Part shown: positions 34,853 to 44,854 of the stretch, piece by piece
Layout of the letters: every line of letters begins with the position of its first letter
Numbering within the stretch: position 1 is the stretch's first letter
Origin: a bacterium
GTDB taxonomy: Bacteria; UBA8248
NCBI GenBank assembly: GCA_022825065.1
Contig: JAJDYR010000037.1
Coordinates: forward strand, 7,805-71,804
Direction: 5' to 3'
Length of the DNA: 64,000 nt
Translations under genes and position numbers: made by a program
Notes under the pieces: generated by a model
What the model saw: the letters and a program-made list of their open reading frames with translations, nothing else
Database searches by the model: none
What the model was told of the DNA's origin: nothing

Positions 34853-36625
34853 ATGAGGATAAAGGAGCAGGACTCAGCGGGCCGGTTCTTGAGGTTTTCC
34901 CTTTGGGCGATGATGCTGGGCCTCACCGCCTTGAGCGCGCCGGACGCCTCCGCCGCGAAAAAAAGAGTTTCTTCAAAAAAAGGGGTCGTCTCGAAGGCCG
35001 CCTTCCAGGCCAGGGTGAAGCGCGCCGTAAAAAGGCAGTGCGTCCGCCCCGGACGCCTTGGTCTTTACATTCGCTCGGTTTCCACGGCGCAGACGCTTTA
35101 TTCCCATAACGCTGCTACAAAGCGGATTCCTGCTTCGAACGTCAAACTCTTCACGGCGGCCGCCGCGCTCGCGAGCCTGGGGCCGGACTACCGCTTCGCC
35201 ACCGATTTTTACGCGAAGGGCAAGGTTCGAGGCGGCGTCCTGCGGGGCGACCTTTATCTCAAGGGCTACGGCGACCCGCTTTTCGTGCATGAAAGGATGC
35301 GCGACTTCGTTCGCCGCCTCAAGCTACGCGGCGTCAGGCGCATCGAGGGCGATCTGGTGGCGGACGATACGTTTTTCGATGAGAAAAAACATGGGCGCGG
35401 GTGGCGCGTGGGCCGCTCCATCCGGCCGTATCTGGCGCCGCACGGCGCATTGTCCCTGAATTTTGGTCTCGCGAACGTGCTCGTGGCTCCGGGCGATAGA
35501 ATCGGCGGCCCGGCCATGGCGAATCTCGAGCCGTCCTCGCGCGCGCTTCGTCTTTGGGCGAAGGTGAAGACCTCGCGCGGCAAGCATCCTAAAATCTGGC
35601 TGGGGCGCCGGCGATCGAAAGGAAGAGACCTCGTTCAGGTGGGCGGCTCGTTTCCGGCGAGAGGCAGGATGAAGACGTACCGGGTGCCCGTTACGGACCC
35701 CACCGCTTTCACCGCCGGTGCGGTCGCCGCCGAAATGGAGAGGCAGGGAATCGCCTTGAAGGGAGGGATACGGCAAGCCGCCACGCCGCCCGATGCGAAG
35801 CTTCTCGTGAGAAACCTCTCGCCGCCCCTGAGCGAAGTGGTGAGCGGGCTCAACAAGTTCAGCAACAATTTCGTGGCCGAACAGGTTCTCAAGACGATGG
35901 GCGCCGAAACGCACGGCGCGCCGGGCACGGCGGAAAAAGGCCTGCGCGTCGTGCGGGATTTCCTGCTCTCCATCGGCGTCTCGGCGAAGGAGATCGCCCT
36001 CGCAGACGGTTCGGGCCTGAGCAGGATGAACCGCGCATCGCCGCGCTCTCTGGCGGTCCTGCTCGAAGCGGCGCACAACGATTTCAGGCTGCGGCCGGAG
36101 TTCATGGCGTCGCTGGCCGTGTTCGGCGTAGACGGGACAGTGAAGAAAAGACGCCGACGCGGAGTCGATTCGCGCCGGGTGCGGGTGAAGACGGGCGTGT
36201 TGAACGGCGTGCGCGCCTTCAGCGGATATGCGGCCGCCGGGAACGGGGAAATTCTCGCTTTCTCTATTCTCATGAACGGAAACGCCTGCCGGCCCAAAAG
36301 CCTCACGGGCGCGCTGGTTCGCTCGATGGTTTCGTTGAAGCGGAATTTTTCAAACCCCGTGAACGCTCATCTCAGGGGGGCTCGCGAGATAATGGCGCGT
36401 CCCATGCCGAAGCCTTCCATCAGAGACGGATGGCGCAGGCGCTCCTCTCCGCGCCCGGACCCGGCCGGAGAGGATGATTTCGAGGAACTCGGTCCGGGAA
36501 TCGTCCCGATCGCCGAATCGCCGCAGGATGACTCCCCCGATGAATCACCCGCAAGGGCGGCTCCGGCGGAAGGGGGCTCCGCATGGCCCTCGAAACGCGA
36601 CCCGGGCGGGCGAAGTCGTGAGTGA
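34853..36625 (+). CDS. dacB: D-alanyl-D-alanine carboxypeptidase/endopeptidase, PBP4 family (peptidase S13)
   Basis: Signal peptide. S13 regions (...GYGDPLF..., ...SNNFVAEQVLKTMGA..., ...LADGSGLSRMN...). Pro/Arg-rich C-terminal extension. Confidence 0.75.
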   Translation: MRIKEQDSAGRFLRFSLWAMMLGLTALSAPDASAAKKRVSSKKGVVSKAAFQARVKRAVKRQCVRPGRLGLYIRSVSTAQTLYSHNAATKRIPASNVKLFTAAAALASLGPDYRFATDFYAKGKVRGGVLRGDLYLKGYGDPLFVHERMRDFVRRLKLRGVRRIEGDLVADDTFFDEKKHGRGWRVGRSIRPYLAPHGALSLNFGLANVLVAPGDRIGGPAMANLEPSSRALRLWAKVKTSRGKHPKIWLGRRRSKGRDLVQVGGSFPARGRMKTYRVPVTDPTAFTAGAVAAEMERQGIALKGGIRQAATPPDAKLLVRNLSPPLSEVVSGLNKFSNNFVAEQVLKTMGAETHGAPGTAEKGLRVVRDFLLSIGVSAKEIALADGSGLSRMNRASPRSLAVLLEAAHNDFRLRPEFMASLAVFGVDGTVKKRRRRGVDSRRVRVKTGVLNGVRAFSGYAAAGNGEILAFSILMNGNACRPKSLTGALVRSMVSLKRNFSNPVNAHLRGAREIMARPMPKPSIRDGWRRRSSPRPDPAGEDDFEELGPGIVPIAESPQDDSPDESPARAAPAEGGSAWPSKRDPGGRSRE

Positions 36626-36704
36626 TAAATGAGCGATGCGCTTGTTCGGAGCCGGCTCTCCCGGCGCTGCGCCTGCGGACGGCGCAGGGGAGCATGAAGG
36701 GCCG

Positions 36705-38495
36705 ATGAGCGATTCCACGGGCCCGCTCGCCTTTCCCGGCAAGTGGACACTGCGCCCTGTCGATCAGGAATCCGCCGATCAGCTTTCCCGGGAATTGAAC
36801 CTCCCCCCTCTGATGGGAAAACTTCTCGCGCAAAGGGGCATTCAAAGCCCCGGCGAGGCGCGCAAGTTTCTGGATGCCCCCCTCGCGGGATTGCACGACC
36901 CGTTTCTGATGAAAGGGATGGAAGACGCCGTCTCCCATCTCCTGGCGCAGATAAGAAACCGGCGCCCCATCGGCGTTTATGGGGATTACGACGTGGACGG
37001 CATCTCCGCCACGGCGCTCATGTGCCGGTTTCTCTCCCAGGTGGGCGTCAGGGTTCCCTACTACATTCCGAGTCGCCTGGACGAGGGTTACGGCCTGCAC
37101 CGCAAGGGTCTGAAAAAGCTCAAGGAGGCGGGCTGCGACACGGTGGTGACGGTCGATTGCGGTATCAGCGCGCATGCCGCCGCCAGAGAAGCCGGGCAGA
37201 TGGGCTTGCGGCTCGTCATCACCGATCATCACCGTCCGCCGGACGAGTTGCCGCCCTCCGTGGCCGTCCTGAATCCCCGCCAGGCGGGTTGTGAATATCC
37301 TTTCCGGGGACTCAGCGGGGTCGGGGTCGCGTTCAAGCTGATCACCGCGCTCAGAAGGCGTTTGCATGAAGGCGGATTCGCGGCGCCGCTGCCGAACCTC
37401 AAGCAGCACCTCGATCTGGTGGCGTTGGGCACGGTGGCCGACGTGGTTCCCCTGCGGGACGAGAACCACATTTTCGTGCGCCACGGGCTCGAGATCCTCT
37501 CGCCCCCCGAAGTGGCCGAGGGCGGGTTCGAGACCCTGGATCGGCGAAAGGCCGGGATACGCGCCTTACAGGCGGCGGCGAACCTCAAGGCCCAGACGCT
37601 CAATGTGGGGCACGTCTCCTTCACCCTCGCGCCGAGGCTCAACGCGGCGGGGCGGGTGGGGGAAGCCTCCTTCGGCGTCGAACTTCTCATCGCCGATGAC
37701 GAGGGCCAGGCGCGCTCCCGCGCGGAGGTGCTCGAGGAGTGGAACCGTCAACGCCAGGTTTTGCAGCGGCAGGCCTGGGAGGAGGCGGTGAGCATGATGG
37801 AATCATCGGGAGGCGGCGCCCGCGATGAGGCCATCGTGCTCGCGAGCGACAAATGGCACCCCGGCGTGGTGGGCATCGTGGCGGCGAAACTCGTGGAGGA
37901 GTATCACCAGCCCTCGGTTCTCATCCACGTCAAGGACGGGGTGGGGAAAGGCTCCGTTCGCTCGGCCATGGGCCTTCACGTGTACGAGGCGCTCGAGCGC
38001 TGCTCGGGCCTTTTGATTCAGTTCGGCGGACACAAGGGAGCCGCGGGGCTGAAGGTGGCGGAGGAGAAGATAGACGCTTTCAGGGAGCGCTTCTGCGAGG
38101 TGATTCGCGGGATGAAAAAAACCGGGCCGGATGAGCGCGAACTCATGCTCGACGCCCGCGTCGATTTTTCCGAAATGGACGTGCCGCTCCTCGAGCAATT
38201 CGAGGGCATGGCGCCTTTCGGGGAGGAGAACCCCCGGCCCGTGTTCTGCGCCTCAGGCGTCGAGGTGGCCGGAAGCCCGGGCTCCGTGGGCCGCGAAGGG
38301 GAGCACCTGAAGCTGAGCTTGCGGCAGTTCCGCGAGGTGAGAGAGGCCATCGGCTTCGGCATGGGGGCGTTGCTCAAGGAGCCGGAGCGTTTGAAGGGAA
38401 AGTTCGACGTGGCGTTCTCCCCCGGCCTGAACCGCTGGCGCGGCAGCACCAGGGTGCAGCTCGACATTCGCGCCATTCGTCCGGCGGGCAGCTAG
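36705..38495 (+). CDS. recJ: Single-stranded-DNA-specific exonuclease RecJ
   Basis: DHH motifs (GDYDVDGISA; ITDHHRP), a DHHA1 domain (GGHKGAAGL), and an N-terminal ...LHDPFLMKGM motif. Confidence 0.85.
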   Translation: MSDSTGPLAFPGKWTLRPVDQESADQLSRELNLPPLMGKLLAQRGIQSPGEARKFLDAPLAGLHDPFLMKGMEDAVSHLLAQIRNRRPIGVYGDYDVDGISATALMCRFLSQVGVRVPYYIPSRLDEGYGLHRKGLKKLKEAGCDTVVTVDCGISAHAAAREAGQMGLRLVITDHHRPPDELPPSVAVLNPRQAGCEYPFRGLSGVGVAFKLITALRRRLHEGGFAAPLPNLKQHLDLVALGTVADVVPLRDENHIFVRHGLEILSPPEVAEGGFETLDRRKAGIRALQAAANLKAQTLNVGHVSFTLAPRLNAAGRVGEASFGVELLIADDEGQARSRAEVLEEWNRQRQVLQRQAWEEAVSMMESSGGGARDEAIVLASDKWHPGVVGIVAAKLVEEYHQPSVLIHVKDGVGKGSVRSAMGLHVYEALERCSGLLIQFGGHKGAAGLKVAEEKIDAFRERFCEVIRGMKKTGPDERELMLDARVDFSEMDVPLLEQFEGMAPFGEENPRPVFCASGVEVAGSPGSVGREGEHLKLSLRQFREVREAIGFGMGALLKEPERLKGKFDVAFSPGLNRWRGSTRVQLDIRAIRPAGS

Positions 38496-39652
38496 CCTGC
38501 GAGCGTGTCCAGGGACTCCCTGTCGTCGGGCTTCATCGAGAATTCCTCAAAACCGGAGAGCTTCAGGTTTTTGGACAGCAGCATCACCTTGATGGCCCCA
38601 CCCAGACCGGTTGGGTCCATGATGCCCATGAGGGACTGGCGCTCGCGCCGTGTTTTCTCATCATCCCCGCCCTTCGCGTTTTCCAGCGCCCGGGAAATGC
38701 CGGCCCCGAGAAGAAAGCGCGTCTGGTCGGTGAAGCCCGCGAGTTCCATGCCATGCGGCGCAGCAGCCCGCAGGATGGAGGTGAAGTCGACGTGGGTGGT
38801 GAGGTCGGTTTCCCCGGGACGGGAGAGCACGTCGCTCACGAGGGTGTGGTTTCTGTAGCCGCGCAGCGCGCCATCCATGCGGGTGGGGCCGTAGAGGGCG
38901 CGCGCGGAGAAGCCGTAGTCGAAGATCAGGACGGCGCCCCGCTCCATCCGGCGCGCCACCTCGCTCACCCAGTCGAAGGCGCACAGGTTCACCTCGGCCG
39001 TCTGATCGGTGGAGAGCCGGACCCCCAAATCGGAGAACCAGCCGTTCAGCCGCTCATCGGAGAGCGCGCCCTCGCAAAACTCGAGCCTCTCGCCGCGCCG
39101 CGCCACGTATCTTTCCTTCAGATGCGGCCCTTTCCGGATGAGGGCGTGGACGGGCAGGGCGTCCAGGAACTCATGGGCGAGCACGACGCCCTTGAAGCCT
39201 GCGGGTGGGTATTCGGCGGCGTCGGCGAATCGGATATTGTCCGAGTCCCCGAATTTTTCCCGTATCCGCTTTCCCGCCTGCGCGCTTTGCTCGGCGAACG
39301 TATAGGCGATGGCCTGGTGGAGAGACGCCTGCGAGGAGCGAATCGACTCGAGGATGTCGAAGGCGAGCCATCCCTCGCCGGGGCCGTACTCCCAAACGGG
39401 AAGCGAGGGCGGCTCGTCCATGCGCCGCCGGATTTTCTCGAGCAGCGGCGCGATCATGCGTCCGAGCCAGGGGCTCTGGTGAGGCGAGGTGTAGAAATCG
39501 CCGCCTGCGCCGATGCGCGGGCTTTCCCGGCAATAATAGCCGCCTTGGGGATGATAGAGGGCGAGTTCCATGAAGCGGCGAAAGGGGATGGGGCCGTTTT
39601 CGAGCGCATCCGCCAGGGTCTGGGAGAGTTCGGGGTGAGAGGCGATTTTCAT
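38492..39652 (-). CDS. Class I SAM-dependent methyltransferase, MidA/NDUFAF7 (DUF185) family
   Basis: 386 aa with ...EYGPGEGWLAFDIL... (SAM binding) and overall MidA-like architecture. Confidence 0.7.
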   Translation of the reverse strand: MKIASHPELSQTLADALENGPIPFRRFMELALYHPQGGYYCRESPRIGAGGDFYTSPHQSPWLGRMIAPLLEKIRRRMDEPPSLPVWEYGPGEGWLAFDILESIRSSQASLHQAIAYTFAEQSAQAGKRIREKFGDSDNIRFADAAEYPPAGFKGVVLAHEFLDALPVHALIRKGPHLKERYVARRGERLEFCEGALSDERLNGWFSDLGVRLSTDQTAEVNLCAFDWVSEVARRMERGAVLIFDYGFSARALYGPTRMDGALRGYRNHTLVSDVLSRPGETDLTTHVDFTSILRAAAPHGMELAGFTDQTRFLLGAGISRALENAKGGDDEKTRRERQSLMGIMDPTGLGGAIKVMLLSKNLKLSGFEEFSMKPDDRESLDTLAG

Positions 39653-39786
39653 GGCGCAGAGTATACACTTGGATTAGATGGGCAAGAAGTGCGAGCCGGC
39701 CGGAGCATCCCCTTGATTCCGCCGGTTGGAATATCTATCATCCAGAAGTGAAATGACGAATCGCATCATCACGAATGAGGTATCGC

Positions 39787-40038
39787 ATGAAAGTCCGCGT
39801 GAAATGCTTCGCCTGGGCGAAAGAGGTGACGGGCGAAGACGAAATCGACCTCGAAGTCCCCGAAGGCGCCACGGTGGCCGATCTGAGAGTGAGCCTCGCC
39901 GAGCGGTTTCCGGTGTTTTCCGGGCGCATGGAGTCCATCGCCGTCTCCGTCAACCAGGAGTTCGCGGGCGAGGGCACGCCGGTGGATGCGGGCGATGAAC
40001 TGGCGTTGATCCCGCCCATCAGCGGGGGTTGCGCATGA
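39787..40038 (+). CDS. moaD: MoaD/ThiS-family sulfur-carrier protein with GG-CA C-terminus
   Basis: ~83-aa beta-grasp protein ending ...LIPPISGG-CA*. Overlaps moaE (ATGA). Confidence 0.6.
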   Translation: MKVRVKCFAWAKEVTGEDEIDLEVPEGATVADLRVSLAERFPVFSGRMESIAVSVNQEFAGEGTPVDAGDELALIPPISGGCA

Positions 40039-40496
40039 TTTGCCGCATCGCCGATACCCCTATCGACATGGACGAGTTGACGGACAGCCTCGATTCCCCC
40101 GAACTGGGCGGGCTCTGCACGTTCGTGGGCAAAGTCCGCAACCACAGCGCGGGGCAGGGGGTCACGCATCTCGAATACCACGCCTATCCCGAAATGGCGG
40201 AGAAGAAGATGCGCCAGGTCGCCGGGGAGATCGAAGAGCGCTTCGGCGTCACCCACCTGGCGATGGCCCACCGGGTCGGAACCCTCGCCATCGGCGATAT
40301 CGCGGTGGGCATCGCGGCGGCCTCCGCCCACCGGGACGCGGCCTTCAAGGCGTGCCGCTACGCGATCGACCGCATCAAGCAGATCGTGCCGATATGGAAG
40401 AAGGAATACGGCGAAGACGGCGTGGCCTGGGTCGAGGGCTGCGCGGTGGACGCCGAGACGGCGGAACCTCAAAAAGCGCAAAATCAGCGCGTTTGA
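40035..40496 (+). CDS. moaE: Molybdopterin synthase catalytic subunit
   Basis: 153 aa with ...GGLCTFVGKVRNHS...VTHLEYHAYPEMAE...IAVGIAAASAHRDAAFKACRYAIDRIKQIVPIWKKE. Confidence 0.8.
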   Translation: MICRIADTPIDMDELTDSLDSPELGGLCTFVGKVRNHSAGQGVTHLEYHAYPEMAEKKMRQVAGEIEERFGVTHLAMAHRVGTLAIGDIAVGIAAASAHRDAAFKACRYAIDRIKQIVPIWKKEYGEDGVAWVEGCAVDAETAEPQKAQNQRV

Positions 40497-40710
40497 CATT
40501 TTTCCCCTTCAAGCTAGAATTCATCTAAACCTCTAATGAATCGCGTCGCCCGGCGGCGGCGTTATGCGTCTTTTGCAATTCTTTTTGTTTCGTGTCTTGT
40601 GGATACGTGCAAATAGAGCTTCGATTCATCCTGATTTGGAAACATTTGAAGAAAGGGCGGATTTCCGCCGCGAGATTCAGGGTTTTTCCCACAGACAAGG
40701 AGGATAGAAA

Positions 40711-41904
40711 ATGAAAGTGGTTCGCATCTTCATTGCAATCGCATTTTTGGCGACGACGGCGTTCCTCGCCAGCCCGGCATTGTCGGCGAATGAAATCCAC
40801 CTGGGCGGAGCCATCTCCCAGACGGGCCGCTATGCGGAGCCGGCCGGCAGGTTCGTTAATGCCTACAAGCTGTACATCGATCAGCTGAACGCCAAGGGCG
40901 GTCTGCTGGGCAAGAAGATTAAAGTCACTCTCCTGGATGACAAATCGGACAAGCAGACCAGCATCAAGCTCTACGAGAAGCTCATCACGCAGGACAAGGT
41001 CGACATCACGCTCGGCCCCTATTCGAGCGGCATTACCGACGCAGTAGCCAACGTTCTCGAAAGATACAAGTACCCCACGCTGGCGCCGGGCGCCTCCTCG
41101 GGCATCATCTGGAAGAAAGGCAGAAAGTACCTTTTCAACCAGAACGCCATCGCCCAGAACTATCAAAGAGGCGCGATGTTCCTCGCCAAGGAGATCGGCG
41201 TGAAGCGGGTCGCCATCGTCGGCGAAGACAGCCTCTTCCCGCGCCAGTCGGCGGAGGGCGCAGTTCACTGGGCGAAGCATCTCGGCATCAAGGTGGTGCT
41301 GAACGAGAACTATACGCGCAAGCAGACCGACTTCACCGCGCTGCTTCAGAAAATCAAGGCGCGCCGCGCGGAGGCGCTCATCTCGAACAGCTACTTCGCG
41401 GACGCCGTGGCCCAGATTCGCCAGCTTCGCGAACTGAACATCAACCTCAAGATTTTCGCCGGAACCGTCGGCCCGGGCCTGCCCAAGTTCGCCAAGCAGC
41501 TCGGCAACACGGCGGAATACGTGCTGGGCTTCAGCCAGTGGGAGCCGCGCCCCGAGATACTGAAATTCCCGGGAATGAAGCATTTCATCGACTCCTATGT
41601 GAAGCGTCACGGCGTCAAGCCGAACTACCACGCCGGAATCGCCTGGGTGTCGATGCAGATCATGAGCCAGGCGATAACAAAGGCGGGTTCTCATGATCGC
41701 CAGAAGGTCTGGCAGACGCTGCGCACCTCTCAGTTCCAGACTGTCATGGGAAAATGGAAAGTGGACAAGAACAACCTGAACGATCATGACGGCCTGACCT
41801 TCCAGATTCTCGACGGCCAGCGCAAGATCGTCTGGCCGAAGAAGATCGCGGAAGTCCCCTACAAGCTGCCGATGCCCAAATGGAAGGACAGGGCGAAGAA
41901 CTAG
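40711..41904 (+). CDS. Branched-chain amino acid ABC transporter substrate-binding protein (LivK/LivJ family), paralog 1
   Basis: Peripla_BP_6-type: signal peptide, then GGAISQTGRYAEPAGR...LDDKSDKQTSIKLYEKLITQDKVD..GPYSSG. Confidence 0.8.
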   Translation: MKVVRIFIAIAFLATTAFLASPALSANEIHLGGAISQTGRYAEPAGRFVNAYKLYIDQLNAKGGLLGKKIKVTLLDDKSDKQTSIKLYEKLITQDKVDITLGPYSSGITDAVANVLERYKYPTLAPGASSGIIWKKGRKYLFNQNAIAQNYQRGAMFLAKEIGVKRVAIVGEDSLFPRQSAEGAVHWAKHLGIKVVLNENYTRKQTDFTALLQKIKARRAEALISNSYFADAVAQIRQLRELNINLKIFAGTVGPGLPKFAKQLGNTAEYVLGFSQWEPRPEILKFPGMKHFIDSYVKRHGVKPNYHAGIAWVSMQIMSQAITKAGSHDRQKVWQTLRTSQFQTVMGKWKVDKNNLNDHDGLTFQILDGQRKIVWPKKIAEVPYKLPMPKWKDRAKN

Positions 41905-41999
41905 GGAGCCGGCGTGTATGACGCAGGTTGTTCAACCGTAGCGCGTCGTATTGTGATGGCGGCGCAACCTTTGAGCTTCCATAAAGAGGAGGATCGGAG

Positions 42000-43196
42000 A
42001 TGAAGAAAAGCCTTGTTTTGGTTCTCGGCTTTGCTCTCGCCCTCACGGCCGCTCCCTTCGTGGAGAAAGGCTTTGCGGCGGACAAGGTCACGCTGGGGAT
42101 AGCCATTTCGCAGACGGGCCGCTATGCCGAACCCGCCGGGCGTATGGTGAACTCCTACAATCTGTATGTGGACCAGATGAACGCCAAGGGTGGTTGGCTC
42201 GGCAAGAAAATCGATATGATCATCCTGGACGACAAATCGGACAAGCAGACCAGCATCAAGCTGTATGAGAAGTTGATCACGCAGGACAAGGTGGACCTGA
42301 CCATGGGCCCCTACTCGAGCGGCATCACCGACGCAGTGGCGAACGTGCTGGAAAGGTACAAGTACCCCACGCTGGCGCCGGGCGCCGCCTCGGGCATCAT
42401 CTGGAAGAAAGGCCGCAAGTATCTCTTCGACATCATCGCCGTCGCCCAGGACTACCAGAAGGGCGCACTCCACATCGCCAGGGACATCGGCGTGAAACGC
42501 ATCGCCATAATCGGCGAGGACAGCCTCTTCCCGCGCCAGTCGGCGGAAGGCGCCGTGGATTGGGCGAAGAAGCTCGGCCTCAAGGTGGTGCTGAACGAGA
42601 ACTATCCGCGCAAGCAGACCGACTTCACCGCGCTGCTGCAGAAGATCAAGGCGCGCCGCGCGGAGGCGCTCATCTCGAACAGCTACTTCGCGGACGCCGC
42701 GGCGCAGATTCGCCAGCTTCGCGAGCTCAACATCAACCTCAAGATTTTCGCCGGAACCGTCGGCCCGGGCCTGCCCAAGTTCGCCAAGCAGCTCGGCAAC
42801 ACGGCGGAATACGTTCTGGGCTTCAGCCAGTGGGAGCCCAAGCCGGAAATCCTCAAGCGGCCCGGCATGAGGGAGTTCATCGCGGCGTATAAGAAGCGCT
42901 ACGGCGTGGATCCGAACTACCACGCGGGCCAGTCCTATGCGTCCATGCAGGTTTTCGGCGAAGCGGTGAAACGAGCAGGCTCCATTGACAGGGACAAGGT
43001 GTGGAGGACGATGCGCACGATGAGCACCACGACCATCATCGGTCCCTGGAAAGTGGACGACACCAACATGAACAACCACGAGGGCTTGACCTTCCAGATA
43101 CTCGACGGCCAGCGCAAGATCGTGTGGCCCAAGAAGATATCGGAAGTCCCCTACAAGCTGCCGATGCCCAAGTGGAAGGACAGAGCCAAGAACTAG
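42000..43196 (+). CDS. Branched-chain amino acid ABC transporter substrate-binding protein, paralog 2
   Basis: Roughly 75-80% identical to paralog 1, with the same motifs. Confidence 0.8.
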   Translation: MKKSLVLVLGFALALTAAPFVEKGFAADKVTLGIAISQTGRYAEPAGRMVNSYNLYVDQMNAKGGWLGKKIDMIILDDKSDKQTSIKLYEKLITQDKVDLTMGPYSSGITDAVANVLERYKYPTLAPGAASGIIWKKGRKYLFDIIAVAQDYQKGALHIARDIGVKRIAIIGEDSLFPRQSAEGAVDWAKKLGLKVVLNENYPRKQTDFTALLQKIKARRAEALISNSYFADAAAQIRQLRELNINLKIFAGTVGPGLPKFAKQLGNTAEYVLGFSQWEPKPEILKRPGMREFIAAYKKRYGVDPNYHAGQSYASMQVFGEAVKRAGSIDRDKVWRTMRTMSTTTIIGPWKVDDTNMNNHEGLTFQILDGQRKIVWPKKISEVPYKLPMPKWKDRAKN

Positions 43197-43242
43197 GGGC
43201 AGAAGAGATAGACAAAGGTTGTGACAGGGCAGCATATCGGCT

Positions 43243-43280
43243 CCCGCCCCGCGTGCGGTTCCGCGCGGGGCGGGAATTTT
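43243..43280 (+). terminator. Rho-independent terminator after SBP paralog 2
   Basis: CCCGCCCCGCG-tgcggttc-CGCGGGGCGGG followed by AATTTTA. Confidence 0.55.
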
Positions 43281-43526
43281 ACCGCAGGAAAAGTTTTTAA
43301 GGACGGTATTATAATTTGTTGAATAATTCCCTTTGACATCTGAAGCGATATGCGTATCATAACCGACTGTTCAGCAAATCTGGTGGTGCGCATCCGGAAC
43401 TACGCGTGAAGATTGCTTATAAGGAATCATCTGATTGAGCGCGTTGTTGCTGGTAATGCGCAAGCGGTAAATTCATTTTTTTGTTGCAAGGCAGGATTAT
43501 TGTTTTCATTAGGAGGAGTTTAAGAA

Positions 43527-44723
43527 ATGAAGAAATGCTTGGTTTTGGCTCTCGGCTTTGCTCTCGCCCTCACGGCTGCTCCCTTCGTGGAGAAAAGCCA
43601 GGCGATGGACAAGGTCACCCTGGGGATCGCCATTTCGCAGACGGGCCGCTATGCCGAACCCGCCGGACGTATGGTGAACTCCTACAAGCTGTATGTTGAT
43701 CAGGTGAACGCCGGTAAAGGCTGGAACGGCAAGAAAATCGACTTCAGCATCCTGGACGACAAATCGGACAAGCAGACCAGCATCAAGCTGTATGAGAAGC
43801 TGATCACGCAGGACAAGGTGAACCTGACCATCGGTCCCTACTCGAGCGGCATCACCGACGCCGTGGCGAACGTGCTGGAAAGGTACAAGTACCCCACGAT
43901 GGCGCCGGGCGCTTCCTCGGGCATCATCTGGAAGAAAGGCCGCAAATACCTGTTCAACATCATCGCCGTCGCCCAGGACTACCCGAAGGGCGCGATTCAC
44001 AGCGCCAGGGACATCGGCGTGAAGCGCATCGCCATCGTCGGCGAGGACAGCCTCTTCCCGCGCCAGTCGGCGGAAGGCGCCGTGGAGTGGGCGAAGAAGC
44101 TCGGCCTCAAGGTGGTGCTGAACGAGAACTATCCGCGCAAGCAGACCGACTTCACCGCGCTGCTGCAGAAGATCAAGGCGCGCCGCGCGGAGGCGCTCAT
44201 CTCGAACAGCTATTTCGCGGACGCCGCGGCGCAGATTCGCCAGCTTCGCGAACTCAACATCAACCTCAAGATTTTCGCCGGAACCGTCGGCCCCGGCCTG
44301 CCCAAGTTCGCCAAGCAGCTCGGCGACACGGCGGAATACGTTCTGGGCTTCAGCCAGTGGGAGCCCAAGCCGGACATCCTCAAGCGGCCCGGCATGAAGG
44401 AATTCATCGCGGCCTATAAGAAACGCTACGGCGTGAACCCAAACTACCACGCGGGCCAGTCCTATGCGTCCCTGCAGATTTTCGGCGACGCGGTGGCGAA
44501 AGCAGGCTCCGCGGACCGGGAAAAGGTCTGGAAGGCGCTGCGCACCATGAAGACCACGACCATCATCGGTCCCTGGAAAGTGGACGAGAACAACCTGAAC
44601 CAGCATGAGGGCTTGACCTTCCAGATCCTCGACGGCCAGCGCAAGATCGTGTGGCCCAAGAAGATATCGGAAGTTTCCTACAAGCTGCCGATGCCGAAGT
44701 GGAAGGAAAGAGGCAAGAACTAG
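43527..44723 (+). CDS. Branched-chain amino acid ABC transporter substrate-binding protein, paralog 3
   Basis: Roughly 88% identical to paralog 2. Preceded by a 330-bp AT-rich spacer with its own RBS (AGGAGG). Confidence 0.8.
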   Translation: MKKCLVLALGFALALTAAPFVEKSQAMDKVTLGIAISQTGRYAEPAGRMVNSYKLYVDQVNAGKGWNGKKIDFSILDDKSDKQTSIKLYEKLITQDKVNLTIGPYSSGITDAVANVLERYKYPTMAPGASSGIIWKKGRKYLFNIIAVAQDYPKGAIHSARDIGVKRIAIVGEDSLFPRQSAEGAVEWAKKLGLKVVLNENYPRKQTDFTALLQKIKARRAEALISNSYFADAAAQIRQLRELNINLKIFAGTVGPGLPKFAKQLGDTAEYVLGFSQWEPKPDILKRPGMKEFIAAYKKRYGVNPNYHAGQSYASLQIFGDAVAKAGSADREKVWKALRTMKTTTIIGPWKVDENNLNQHEGLTFQILDGQRKIVWPKKISEVSYKLPMPKWKERGKN

Positions 44724-44854
44724 ACGGGTTGCATTTAAGGCGAAAATGCCATACACATTTGAACTTTCGCACCGGGGCCGTTAAAAGCGGCCCCGGCGCG
44801 AAAGTAAAAATATCGGATTTTTTTGTGTCATAGTCTGAGGGGACTCGATCTCTC

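Noticed and set aside
43290-43520. Sigma-54 promoter in the AT-rich spacer before SBP paralog 3
   Set aside because: TTGC elements are present (tttgttgcaagg), but there is no properly spaced upstream GG (-24) element. Only a generic AT-rich promoter region can be claimed.
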